From: an uncultured Desulfobacteraceae bacterium
GTDB lineage: Bacteria > Desulfobacterota > Desulfobacteria > Desulfobacterales > BuS5
NCBI GenBank assembly: GCA_964482535.1
Contig: CAYZXU010000002.1
Location: 1-60,458, forward strand
Direction of reading: 5' to 3'
DNA: 60,458 nucleotides
Below are positions 30,501 through 42,500 of the stretch, one piece after another. The stretch's first letter is position 1, and every line of letters begins with the position of its first letter. The position numbers and the translations under genes were made by a program. Below the pieces are notes generated by a model. That model made no database searches. It was not told the origin of the DNA and was given only the letters and a program-made list of their open reading frames with translations.

Positions 30501-33500
30501 ATCGGTCACAGGCGCTTTGGCAGCTTCAGTGGCAGCCGGCACTGGAACAAGCGTAGGTGTTTCCATTGGCGCGGCCGTTGCCCTTAACTATATCGGCTAC
30601 AAATGGGACAGTACATCTAAACCAGCAACGGTTCACTCATATATAAGCAATTCCAGTGTCCATGCGGCAGGTAATGTGACTCTCTCATCAACCGCCAGCC
30701 AGACCATTGGAGCTATAACCCTTGCGGGCTCAGCAGCACTCGCCATAAGCGGCGGAACCGGTGTCGCGGTCGCAGGATCGGGCGTGTTGGCCCTGAATAT
30801 GATCGGCGCAGATGTCAAGTCCTACATTGATGGTGATGTGGCAATCGGTGGCGGTGTGGTTGAAGGAATAAAGGCAGTGGATGTCTCCCTGAATGCACAG
30901 GATACCTCCACCATAACAGCGCTGGTGGGCGCCGCATCGATATCTGCATCCTTCGGCAGCACCGGAGTTGCCGTTGCTGTCGGTGTCTCCCTCGGTCATA
31001 ACATGATTACGAGTGATGTAGGGGCCTATATTGCAAATGTTGATCAGGGCATAAACGCCAGCGGAGATATCAGTGTCACGGCCAGCGAAACATCTGTCAT
31101 AAACGTGGTTTCATCAGCGGCCGCGATTTCAATCGCTGCCGGCTCAACCGGGTTTGCTGTGAGCGGTGCCGGGGCCGAAGCATCGAATGTGATCCTGACC
31201 AAAACAAACGCCTATATAAAGGATAGCACGATTATTGACTCCAATAACGTCGAGGTTGTCGCGACCAACGAGGCGGAGATCAAGGCAATAATCGTCAGCA
31301 CGGCATTCGCTGCCGCTGCCGGCAGAACGGGCGTCGGGATTTCCATCGGTGTCTCTTTAGCCGGAAACGTGATCGGCTGGGATGCAATTCTTGATACTCC
31401 TTACAACTACACGACAGGCGATGACCCATCGAGGCTGGTAAAAGATGTTGATAGTGTCAAGATTGAATCAGGAGTACGTGCCGGAAACATTTACAAGTAC
31501 GTAGGCGAAACAGTTGATCTTTATGACCATACAACCGCTGACGGTTCTACAACACTCAATAATGGCGATCTGGTTAACCTGAATCTTGGCTACGACAAAA
31601 GCAAAGGCGTGGAAACAACAGTTTACCGCTACCTCGGTAATAACGATGACGTGGTCAATCTAAGTGAAGCGGATTATACTGATACTGATCTTTGGGAATC
31701 TGTGGGCAGCAGCAGGCTCACTATGCAGGATTACGGTGACGCTGACCTGTGGCAGCAAGTGAACCTCGGAGAATCTCCGATCGAGGTTCAGGCCTATGTG
31801 CTTGATTCGAGTATCAAGGCTGACGGCATCCTCACCGTTAAGGCTGATTCGAAACAGATCATTAATGCTATAGTTATATCAGGTTCAGTAGCAGCCTCGG
31901 CTGGCGGAACAGGTGTTTCTGTCTCCGGAGCCGGTGTCGGCGCCATGAACCTGATTTCGGCCAATATCAAGTCTTATATCGACGGTGACGGTGAGTTCGG
32001 TATTGAGGCCGGAACAATATCCATAACATCAAATGACACCTCTATCATCAATGCCATTACCGGCGCCGCGACCCTGGCAGCGGGCTTCGGCGGAACAGGC
32101 GTTGCCGTTGCCATAGGCGTTGCCGTGGCACACAACGGGATCAGCAATGACGTTTCATCGTTCATTACCAGGGCTGATACCGGTGTAAGTACGACTTCAG
32201 GCGCCATAACGGTAGCAGCTACAGAGTCCTCCGATATCTTCACCGTAACCACCGCGGCATCCGTCTCTATCGCTATCGGTGGAACCGGAGTTGCCATCAG
32301 CGGCGCAGGTGCAGCCGCGATGAATGCGATCCTTACCAAAACCAACGCCTACGTGGAGGACAGTATCCTCACAACTACGGGTATTGCAGGCGATGTTAAT
32401 ATTAACGCTGCTGATACATCGACGATTGATGCCACCGTTGCTGCGGTCGCAGCGGCAGTTGCCGGCGGCGGAACAGGTGTGGGTGTTGCTATCGGTGCAG
32501 CATACGCCAGCAACATGATCGGATACGACCTGCTCCTGGGCGTCATACCCATTAAAGACCCCGCACAGGTGAGGGCTTATGTTGACAATTCAGATATCAC
32601 GGCCGGCGGCGATGTGAAGCTGACCGCTACTGCTAATGAGACTATTACCTCCAGAATCATTTCAGGTTCTGTGGCGATTGCGGCCGGTGGCACTGGGGTT
32701 GGCGTTGGTGGTTCCGGTGTGGTCGCCATCAACCTGCTTGCCACCGATATAAACGCATTTATTAGTAATTCCAGCGATGTTACCGGTAGCAGCGTTGTTG
32801 TAACCGCAGATGATACTTCCCGCATTCTGGCCTATGGCGGCGCAGCCGCAATAACGGGCGGTTTTGGCGGAACTGGCGTTGCCGTGTCCATTGGTGTGGC
32901 TCTGGCCCACAATATGATCGATAATAATGTTGCGGCCTATATTACGGGCAGCACGGTTACATCCACTGGCGAAAACATCGAAGTGCATGCCATCGAACAT
33001 TCCCAGATCAACTCCGTCTCTGCGGCGGCAGCGCTGGCTGTCGCTATAGGCGGCGTAGGAGTATCGGTCGCCGGAGCTGGAGCAGAAGCAAGCAATGTCG
33101 TTCTCACAAAGACAAATGCCTATGTAGTGGATAGTGTTCTTGTGAGTGCTGCTGATGTTGCTGTAACAGCCCAGAGTATCTCTGCTGCTCCTAGATTGAA
33201 TGCCCTTGCAATGGCTGATAAGGCTACGGCTGATGTTTTTGCTCAAAGCATGGACGATGCCGGATCAACCGATGTTGACAACGAAGAGACTGATCTCATA
33301 GACGAAAAGCTTGCCGATATTGTCCTTGATAATACTTTTCTTATAGGGTTATCGGGAATATTAACTACTCAGGGCATAATGAATTCCGGAGCCCTGGCAG
33401 TAACTGTTCGTTCCGAGGGCGAGGATTGGTCGGTGACGGATAGAGTTACCGGTTCAACCTATGCTGTTACCAGAGAAGGAAATGATTTCACGGTGACCAT

Positions 33501-36500
33501 GCCGACGATCGGGGCGACCGTAATATCCGCATCAGCCGCCATAGCCGGCGGATCTGTGGGTGTTGGAGTATCCATCGGGCTTTCCTTCGCCCGCAACCTG
33601 ATCGGCTGGCAACTGGGATTCGATACTCCATATAACTATACCACTGGCGATGAACCATCCAGTCTGGACAGTAGCGATAATATCCTTGTTCTCGGTGATC
33701 GCGTCAAGATCGAAGAGGGAGTCAGGGCCGGTGATATCTACGAGTATATCGGCCCGGATGCAACTATGTATCAGTATACAAGTTCTGACGTTGCTCCCAC
33801 GCTCCGCGAAGGCGATCTGGTGAAGGTTAACGACGGCTACGACGACAGCAAAGGAGCAGAATCATCCATATATCGCTATATCGGCAATGATCGTATCAAT
33901 GTCGACCTCAGTAACGAAATTTACGATGATTTTGATCCTGCTACTGATGAACTCTGGGAATCCGTTGGCAGCAGCAAGCTGTCCATGCAGGACTATGGCA
34001 ACACTGATCTCTGGAAGCAGGTGAACCTTGTGTCGGCGCCTGTGGAGGTACAGGCCTATGTCTTGAACTCCAGTGTTGAAGCAGTCGGTGACTTGAGTGT
34101 GACATCTACTTCGGATCAATCCATAGACGCGTTGGTGGTTGCCGGTTCGGCGGCGGCTTCGGGCGGTGGTGTCGGCGTGAGTGTCGCCGGTGCCGGTGCG
34201 GTTGCAGTAAACACGATTACGACCGATATCAAGGCGTTCATTGATTATGATTCAGGATTTGGTACCCGTTTGACGAACATCCATTCGGGCAGTGTGGCCA
34301 TAGAAGCAAAAGATACCTCAAGGATCACTGCTGTAACCGGAGCTGCGAGCCTGGCAGCAGGTTTTGGCGGCGTGGGTGTGGCTGTCTCCATCGGATTTGC
34401 AGGAGCCTATAATGAGATCAGCAATGAGGTTTCGGCTTTTATAGCTGATGCCGGCGTGACTACAACAGACGCTGCCGGTGCAATATCAATACATGCAATT
34501 GAGGGAGCGACAATTAACGCCCTTACAGCAGCAGCCTCTCTGGCTCTTTCAATCGGTGGTGTAGGTGTTTCTGTGAGCGGCGCCGGCGCGGCAGCTACCA
34601 ACGTTATTCTCACCACGACGAAAGCCTATGTGACGGACAGCACTCTTAACAGTGCAGGTGATGTCGTAATAGAGGCATCAGATACATCGACGATTAACGC
34701 AATTATATTGGCCTCAACAGCAGCAATCGCCGGCGGAGCAGTCGGTGTTGGTGTTTCCATCGGCGGTGCCTTTGCCACCAACTTGATTGGGGTGGCATGG
34801 AATCCTGCGGGAGCAGAGTCCTATGTGAAGGATTCAACAATAACGGCTGCGGGTACTCTCACACAGACGGCCACTGCCAAGGAAACCATTAAGGCAGCAG
34901 TGATTGCGACATCAGTGGCAATCGCTCCTGGCGGCGTTGGTGTTGCTGTCAGTGGGTCCGGCGTTCTTGCCATTAATATGATTACCGCGGATATCAAGGC
35001 ATTTATAGAAGGTTCAACAATTACTGCGGGGAGCGTAAACCTGACTGCAGACGACACCTCACGGATTCTGGCCTTTGCCGGGTCCGCCTCTGTAGCAGCA
35101 GCTTTTGGCGGTGTGGGTGTTGCTGTGTCTATCGGCGCCTCTCTGGCCCATAATATGATCGATAATGATGTTGCGGCCTACATTACGGGCAGCACTGTGA
35201 CCACGACCGCAACAGACGGCAGCCTCGAAGTCCATGCCATTGAACACTCTCAGATCAATGCGGTTTCTGCGGCAGCATCGCTGGCTGTTGCGATCGGCGG
35301 GGTAGGTGTCGCGGTCAGTGGGGCTGGAGCTGAAGCGACCAATGTCATCCTTACCAAGACCAATGCTTATGTCGAAGAGAGCGTTCTTGCCGCTGCGGGT
35401 GATGTTGTTGTAACAGCCGAGAGCCTGTCAGCTGCAGCTGAACTGAATGCCCTGGCAATGGCTGATGAAGATATTGCCAATGTTTTTGCTCAAAGCATGG
35501 ACGATGCCGGATCAACCGATGTTGACAACGAAGAGACTGATCTCATAGACGAAAAGCTTGCCGATATCGCCCTTGATAATACTTTTCTTATAGGGTTATC
35601 GGGGATATTGACCACGCAGGGTATCATGAATTCCGGTGCCCTGGCAGTAACTGTCCGCTCCGAGGGAGAGGAATGGTCGGTTACGGACAGGATAACCGGA
35701 TCCTCCTATATTATTGCCAGAGAAGGTGACAACTTTACAGTAACCATGCCGACCATCGGGGCCACCGTCATATCCGCATCGGCTGCGGTAGCCGGTGGAG
35801 TTGTCGGAGTCGGAGTTTCAATCGGGGTTTCTTTTGCAGCCAACCTGATCGGCTTTGAATTGGATCTCGGTTACCCTGCCGATTACACCACCGCGGATGA
35901 GCCTGCCCTTCTCGAACAGGGAAAGACGGTCAAGATAGGAGATGGCGTAAAAGAGGGCTATGTCTATGAATATATCGGACCAACAGTGGATATGTATCGA
36001 TACACCACGGATGACGGGACCAAATCGCTTAACAATGGTGATCTGGTGAAGGTGAATTCCAGCTACGAGCCAGATAGGGGTACCGGAACGGCAATTTACC
36101 GTTACATTGGAAATAATGGGAGCCAGGTCAATCTCGGCAACGCCAATTATAGGAACTCGGATTTGTGGGAGTCTGTGGGAAGCAGTAAACTGTCCATGCA
36201 GGACTATGGCAACGAAGATCTCTGGGAACATGTCAATCTCGTAAAAGCAGATGACTCTGCCCAGGTTCGAGCCTATATGTTAGATTCCAGCGTTGACGCA
36301 ATTGGAGGCCTAACCCAGACTGCTATCTCGGATCAGTCCATTGACGCTCTGGTTGTTGCCGGTTCGTCGGCGGCTTCAGGCGGCGGAGTCGGCGTGAGTG
36401 TCAGCGGCGCCGGTGCCGTTGCAATAAACACGATCACCACTGATGTTCAATCGTTCATTGAAGGCGATATGGCAATCGGTAACGGTGAAACAGCGGGCAT

Positions 36501-39500
36501 AAAGGCTGCCAGCGTGAGTCTTTTGGCTGAAGATACCTCGAGGATCACGGCTGTTACCGGAGCCGCGAGTCTGGCAGCAGGCTTTGGCGGCGTGGGAGTG
36601 GCTGTTTCGATCGGGGTAGCCGGGGCCTATAACCAGATCAGTAATAATGTTGCAGCCTTTATCTCCAAAGCTGACGACGGCGTGAAGACCACGGATCCTG
36701 CTGGTGCCATCACTATAGAGGCCATTGAGGCTGCCACCATCAACTCGCTGACAGCAGCGGCATCGCTGTCTGTTGCTATCGGCGCTGTTGGAGTTGCTGT
36801 TAGCGGGGCCGGAGCGGCTGCCACGAACGTTATTCTCACTACGACCAAAGCGTATGTGACGGACAGCATCCTTGTCAGTGCAGGTGATGTGACGATAGAA
36901 GCTTCGGACACATCAACAATTAACGCCATTGTGTCGGCATCAACGGCTGCCATCGCAGGTGGTGCGGTTGGTGTGGGCGTTTCCATCGGCGCATCGTTTG
37001 CCACCAACCTGATCGGTGCGGCAGGCAATCATGCCGGAGCACAGGCCTATATAAAGGATTCTACAATCACTGCCACGGGAGCCCTAACACAAACAGCTAC
37101 TGCAGAGGAAACCATCAGAGCGGCTGTGCTGGCCGCTTCAGTGGCAATCGCTCCGGGCGGTGTTGGTGTTGGGGTCAGCGGAACAGGCGTTCTTGCCATC
37201 AATATAATTACTTCAGATGTCAAGTCATTTATAACCAATTCAACAATTACTGCCGGAAGCGTAAACCTGACCGCGGACGACACCTCACGGATTATGGCGT
37301 TTGCCGGGTCTGTCTCTGCAGCAGCAGCCTTCGGCGGTGTTGGTGTTGCCGTGTCCATCGGTGTGGCCCTGGCCCACAATATGATCAACAATGATGTTGC
37401 GGCCTATATTATGGACAGCACTGTCGAGTCGACAATCGGCGACATCGAAGTGCATGCCATTGAACACTCCCAGATCAATGCCGTTTCTGCGGCAGCATCG
37501 GCTGCTTTTTCCGGAGCAGGGGTAGCGGTCTCGGTTAGCGGCGCCGGTGCGGAAGCAACTAATGTTATCCTTACAAAGACGAATGCCTATATAGAGAACA
37601 GTGTTATAACCAGTGCTGATGATGTGGATGTTACAGCCCGGAGCCTGTCAGCGGCACCTGAGATAGTGCCACTGGTTGTGACCGATGCCGAAAATTTTGC
37701 TGATAACATGGATGATGCCTCTTTCACGGTCGAGGATGATCCTGATACCGGCGGTACTGACGAAAGGGCTGACGACATTGACGCCGACAACAATTTCCTG
37801 GCCTCGTTAGCGGGGGTTTTAGCGTCGCAGGGCATCATGAATTCCGGTGCTCTGGCCGTAACAATCCGCGCCGAGGGCAAGGAATGGTCGGTCACGGACA
37901 GAATTACCGGGTCCTCTTATGTCGTTACCAGAGACGGCGGCAATTTCTCGGTGACCACGCCGACGATAGCTGCGACTGTGGTCGCCGCATCGGCTTCAGC
38001 AGCCGTCGGAGTGGTCGGTGTAGGGGCTTCCGTTGGGCTTTCCTTTGCTCGTAACCTGATTGGCTGGGAATTGGGATTCGATACTCCGTATGACTACACC
38101 ACAGGCAGTGAACCATCCAGTCTGCAACGTAGTGATATTCCCTTGATTCTCGGGGATTGCGTCAAGATCGAAGAGGGCGTCAGGGCCGGTGATATCTATG
38201 AATATATCGGTTCAGAACCCCTGGTTCCGGGGGAAGGCGAAACCACCGTCAACCTCAGAACACAGGACTACGCCAACACGGACCTCTGGAAACAGGTGAA
38301 CCTTGTGGCGGCGCCCGCCGAAGTGCAGGCCTACATAATGAACTCCAGCGTTGACGCAATCGGCGACTTGAGCGTGACAGCGATTTCGGATCAATCTATC
38401 GATGCGGTAGTGGTGTCCGGTTCCGTGGCAATCTCGGGCGGTGCGGTTGGTGTGAGCCTCAGCGGCGCCGGTGCGGGCGCGGTAAACACGATTACGACCA
38501 AGGTCAGGTCTTATATAGACGGTGATATTGCAATCGGAAATGGTGAAACCGCGGGCATAAAAGCTGCCAGCGTTATTTTGACGGCAGAAGACACATCTGC
38601 GATCACGGCTGTAACCGGAGCCGCAAGCCTGGCAGCAACATTCGGAGGTGTGGGTGTGGCCATAGCCATGGGCCTGGCCGTGGCTGATAACAGCATCAGC
38701 AATGTGGTCGAGGCATATGTAGGGTCATCCACAGTGAATACGACCAATGGCAATATGGCAATCCGGGCCAAAGAAGATGTCACAATCACCACAACATCTG
38801 TGGCAGCGGCGGCATCTGCCAGCGCAAGTATTTTCAGCGTTGCTGTCAGCGGCGGAGGGGCAACTGCCTTCAATACCATTGATACGGAGACCAGGGCATA
38901 TGTCAGCCAAAGCAATCTTGATATTATCGGGGATCTTGACATCCATGCGAGCGATATATCCACTTCAAGGGCATTGACGGGCTCTGCCTCGGTTGCTGCC
39001 GGTATTATCTCCGCGGCCATGGGCGGTTCCATTGCCAATGGGACGATTACATCCACAACAGAAGCCTATATCGATAATTCGAATGTCATTGCCGACGACA
39101 TCGCTGTAAGCTCAACCGCACAGCCGAAAGCCCAGGTCGACGTATATGGTGTCAACGCGGGCACCCTGGCCGTAGGCGTTTCAAGCGCCACTGCCACCGT
39201 GTCACCCATTGTGAATGCTTATGTTGGCGGCACGATCACTGCGGACAACCTCTACCTTTCCGCCACCCAACTTATGAGCGAGGACTCCGGCAAGGCCAGC
39301 GCCACCGGTTCGTCCGGCGGTCTGGTGGGCGTTAACGCGACTTTTAGTCGAGCGGAAAACAAAGGCACTGTCCGAAGCCAGATCAGAGATGACAGCACGC
39401 TGAATGTTGCCGGAGCTGTCCAGGTGAACGCGAATTCAACCAGCTACCAGACCGTCTCTGCCGAGGGTAAATGCTATGGCCTGGCCGTGGTCGGAGGAAA

Positions 39501-42500
39501 CCAGGCCAACGCTGTTTCAGATACAACCATCGAATCGCTGGTAGGCGATCGCGTCAGCGTGACGGCGGGCAGCTTGAGTATCAAGGCCACAGGCACGGAC
39601 ATCAATAAAGCTAATTCGGTTGCGGGCAGCGGCGGCGTGATTGCTATCTCCGCAGCAGAGGCCCGGACCGATACCTCCGGTCTTACACGAACATCTGTGG
39701 GCTCAGGAACAACAGACAGGTTCATCAACGTAGACAGCCTCGAAATCATCTCAGATCACACCTCTGTGTTTAACGCCCGGGTCGACAGTTCTTCAGGCGG
39801 TGTGATCGATGCCGCGGGAGCGGATATTTCCAACATCGTCAAGCCCAGGGTTATAGCAGAATTCGAGGAAGATGCCCTTATCAAGATCCGCGATCTGGAT
39901 GTCCAGGCCAACAACCGCATCCGAAAAGATTGGCTGGCTGGCGGAGCCTATAACATTATTTCAGCCTCGGGCGGAATAGGGACATTTCCGGCAGGCAGCA
40001 GTGTAACCAACATCAACAATCAGACCACTATTTCCGTTCACAACGGTGCCAATATCCAGGTGGAAGGAGATCTTGTTAATCCTGGTGAATTCAAGTTCAC
40101 AGCTTTCAACGACGTTATCGCCAGAGACAGGGCCAAGCTTGATTCGGGCGGCGCACTGGCCACGGCCTTTACCGAGTCGATCATTAATAATACCAACGCG
40201 GCCCAAATTCAAATCAATAATGCCGACCTGTCAAGCGTCGGTGACCTTAATCTGTCCGCCCTTACGATTGCTGATGTGGAGACCAAGACCAATGTCAAGA
40301 CTTACGGCCTGGCGGGTTTTGCCGAAGGATCATCCGAATCGAATGTCTATGTTAACAACAGTATTAATGTTCGTGAAGGAGCCGTGTTGAGGGCAGACGG
40401 TGACGTCAACCTTAATGCCGGAAGGGATGGTGTACGCGTAAGTGATATCAAAGCCAAGGCGCAGACCGATCTGTGGAACAAGACCGCCTTTCCAATCCCA
40501 TCCAACCCCACGGGTAACGCTATTATCTTTGCCAACAGCAATATCAATATCGATTCAGGGGCCTGGGTAGGAAGTGTACAGGATGTGAACCTGAAGGCAG
40601 TAGTAAGCGATCTCAGCGCGCAGGGAAACTGGAGTTACCAGGATCTTTATATGGGTGCCATCGAGGATATTGCCAATCTGTTCGGGGCCGATATTTCCCT
40701 CAAGACGACCGGCGGCTATGACGTGGAGGATCTTACTACGACCGTAACGGTGGATGGAACGGTTGAGGCAGGGATTCAAAACAAACAGTTCCTGATCATA
40801 GACGAAAATCTCATTGCCGATGGTGACATTTCCCTGCAGGGTAATCCGGTTCTTGACTTCCAGCACGTTGAAGCGCGCGATACCATTACCCGAGACAGCG
40901 GCAGCTGGGTTGATGACGGGTTTACAGTCGGGGCGTTTGTCACGATTTCGGAGACAGACGACAATGACGGATCATACCGGATCGACGAAATTTCCGCTGA
41001 TGGCTTCACGCTCTATCTGGATCCGGGATATCACCTGGATAATAATGCGTTGGATAATGATGCCGAGGTAAGCCAGGGCATTGAGATGTGGGGTAAACCT
41101 ACCGTTGATTTCGGTAATGATGTTGATCGTGGAACAATAACACGTTCTTACTGGAGCTTCAGTGAAGACGGATTTGCTGTTAACCAGAAGATCGTGGTAA
41201 ACGGGGCCAATGAAAATGACAGGTTCTTTACCATAAACGAGATTTCCGCTGATGGCCTCACGCTCTATCTGAATCCGGGCGAAACTCTTGTTGTGGGAAA
41301 TGATGTCGAGAATGTTTCCATAAAGGTGGTAGAGGACCAGATCTTATCCATGACCGACCTGACCCTGGATTTTGATCAGGTGGACGGCGATTCCGACACG
41401 ATCACCCGCTCTATCGGCAGTTGGCTTGATGAAGGCTTTGCCGCGGGCCAGATCATCGAGGTTGAAGGCACGACGTCCAATGACGGGATCTATCGAATTG
41501 AATCATTGGATGCTCAAATTCTGACTCTGAATACGACGGATGAGCTTCAAATTGATGAACCGGGTATCGCGGGAGCCACAATAAGCGTGACCCAGGGTGC
41601 GAAGCTCGATCTGACCGACCTGACCATTGATTTTGATCAGGTTGCCGATGCCCCGGATACCATTACCCGTTCCATGGGGAGCTGGTTGGATGACGGATTC
41701 CTGGCAGGACAAACCCTGACCGTTGCCAATACGGCGAACAATAACAGTACATTCATTATTGATTCGATATCCGCCGCCGGCAGGGTTCTCTATCTCGCTG
41801 GGAACGTCCTGACCGATGAACCTGATGTGACAGGGGATTCAGTAGAGGCGACCGCGGTTGCTGGGCCGGGTCTGGATCTGGATTTCAATGCAGTGGCTGA
41901 TTCCATAACCCGGAATGCGGGAACCTGGAGTGACAACGGATTTGCCGTGGGCCAGACCATTACCGTTGCCAATACAACAAACAACAACGGGACGTACACC
42001 ATCGCTTCGATTGCCGGCGCGGTTCTGACTATAGCCCAGGACAGCCTGACTGACGAAGATGACGTGGCAGTGGCAACGGTTAGAACCAATGCCTTGTCCA
42101 CAGGGGAACTGACCCTTGATTTTAATCAAGTGGTTGACGCTCCTGACACGATCTCCCGCAATATGGGCAGCTGGCTGGATGACGGTTTTGCGGCGGGCCA
42201 GATCATTGTGGTTGACGGGACCACGTCCAATGACGGGATCTATCGAATTGCCTCACTGGATGCCCTCACACTGACGCTGGTTGAAGATGATGAGCTTCAA
42301 GTTGATGAACCGGGTGTCGCGGGAGCCACAATAAGCGTGACCCAGGGTGCGAAGTTCGATCTGACCGACCTGACCATTGATTTTGATCAGGTTGCCGATG
42401 CCCCGGATACCATTACCCGCTCCATGGGCAGCTGGATTGACGACGGTTTTGCTGCGGGTCAGGTTGTTACCATTGCCGGATCAAATAACCAGGGATCGAA

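Noticed and set aside
33233-35567. The identical 88-nt segments, considered as a diversity-generating retroelement TR/VR pair.
   Set aside because: There is no reverse transcriptase or accessory gene in the window. The flanking differences between copies are not adenine-specific, and both copies are part of a regular tandem repeat.
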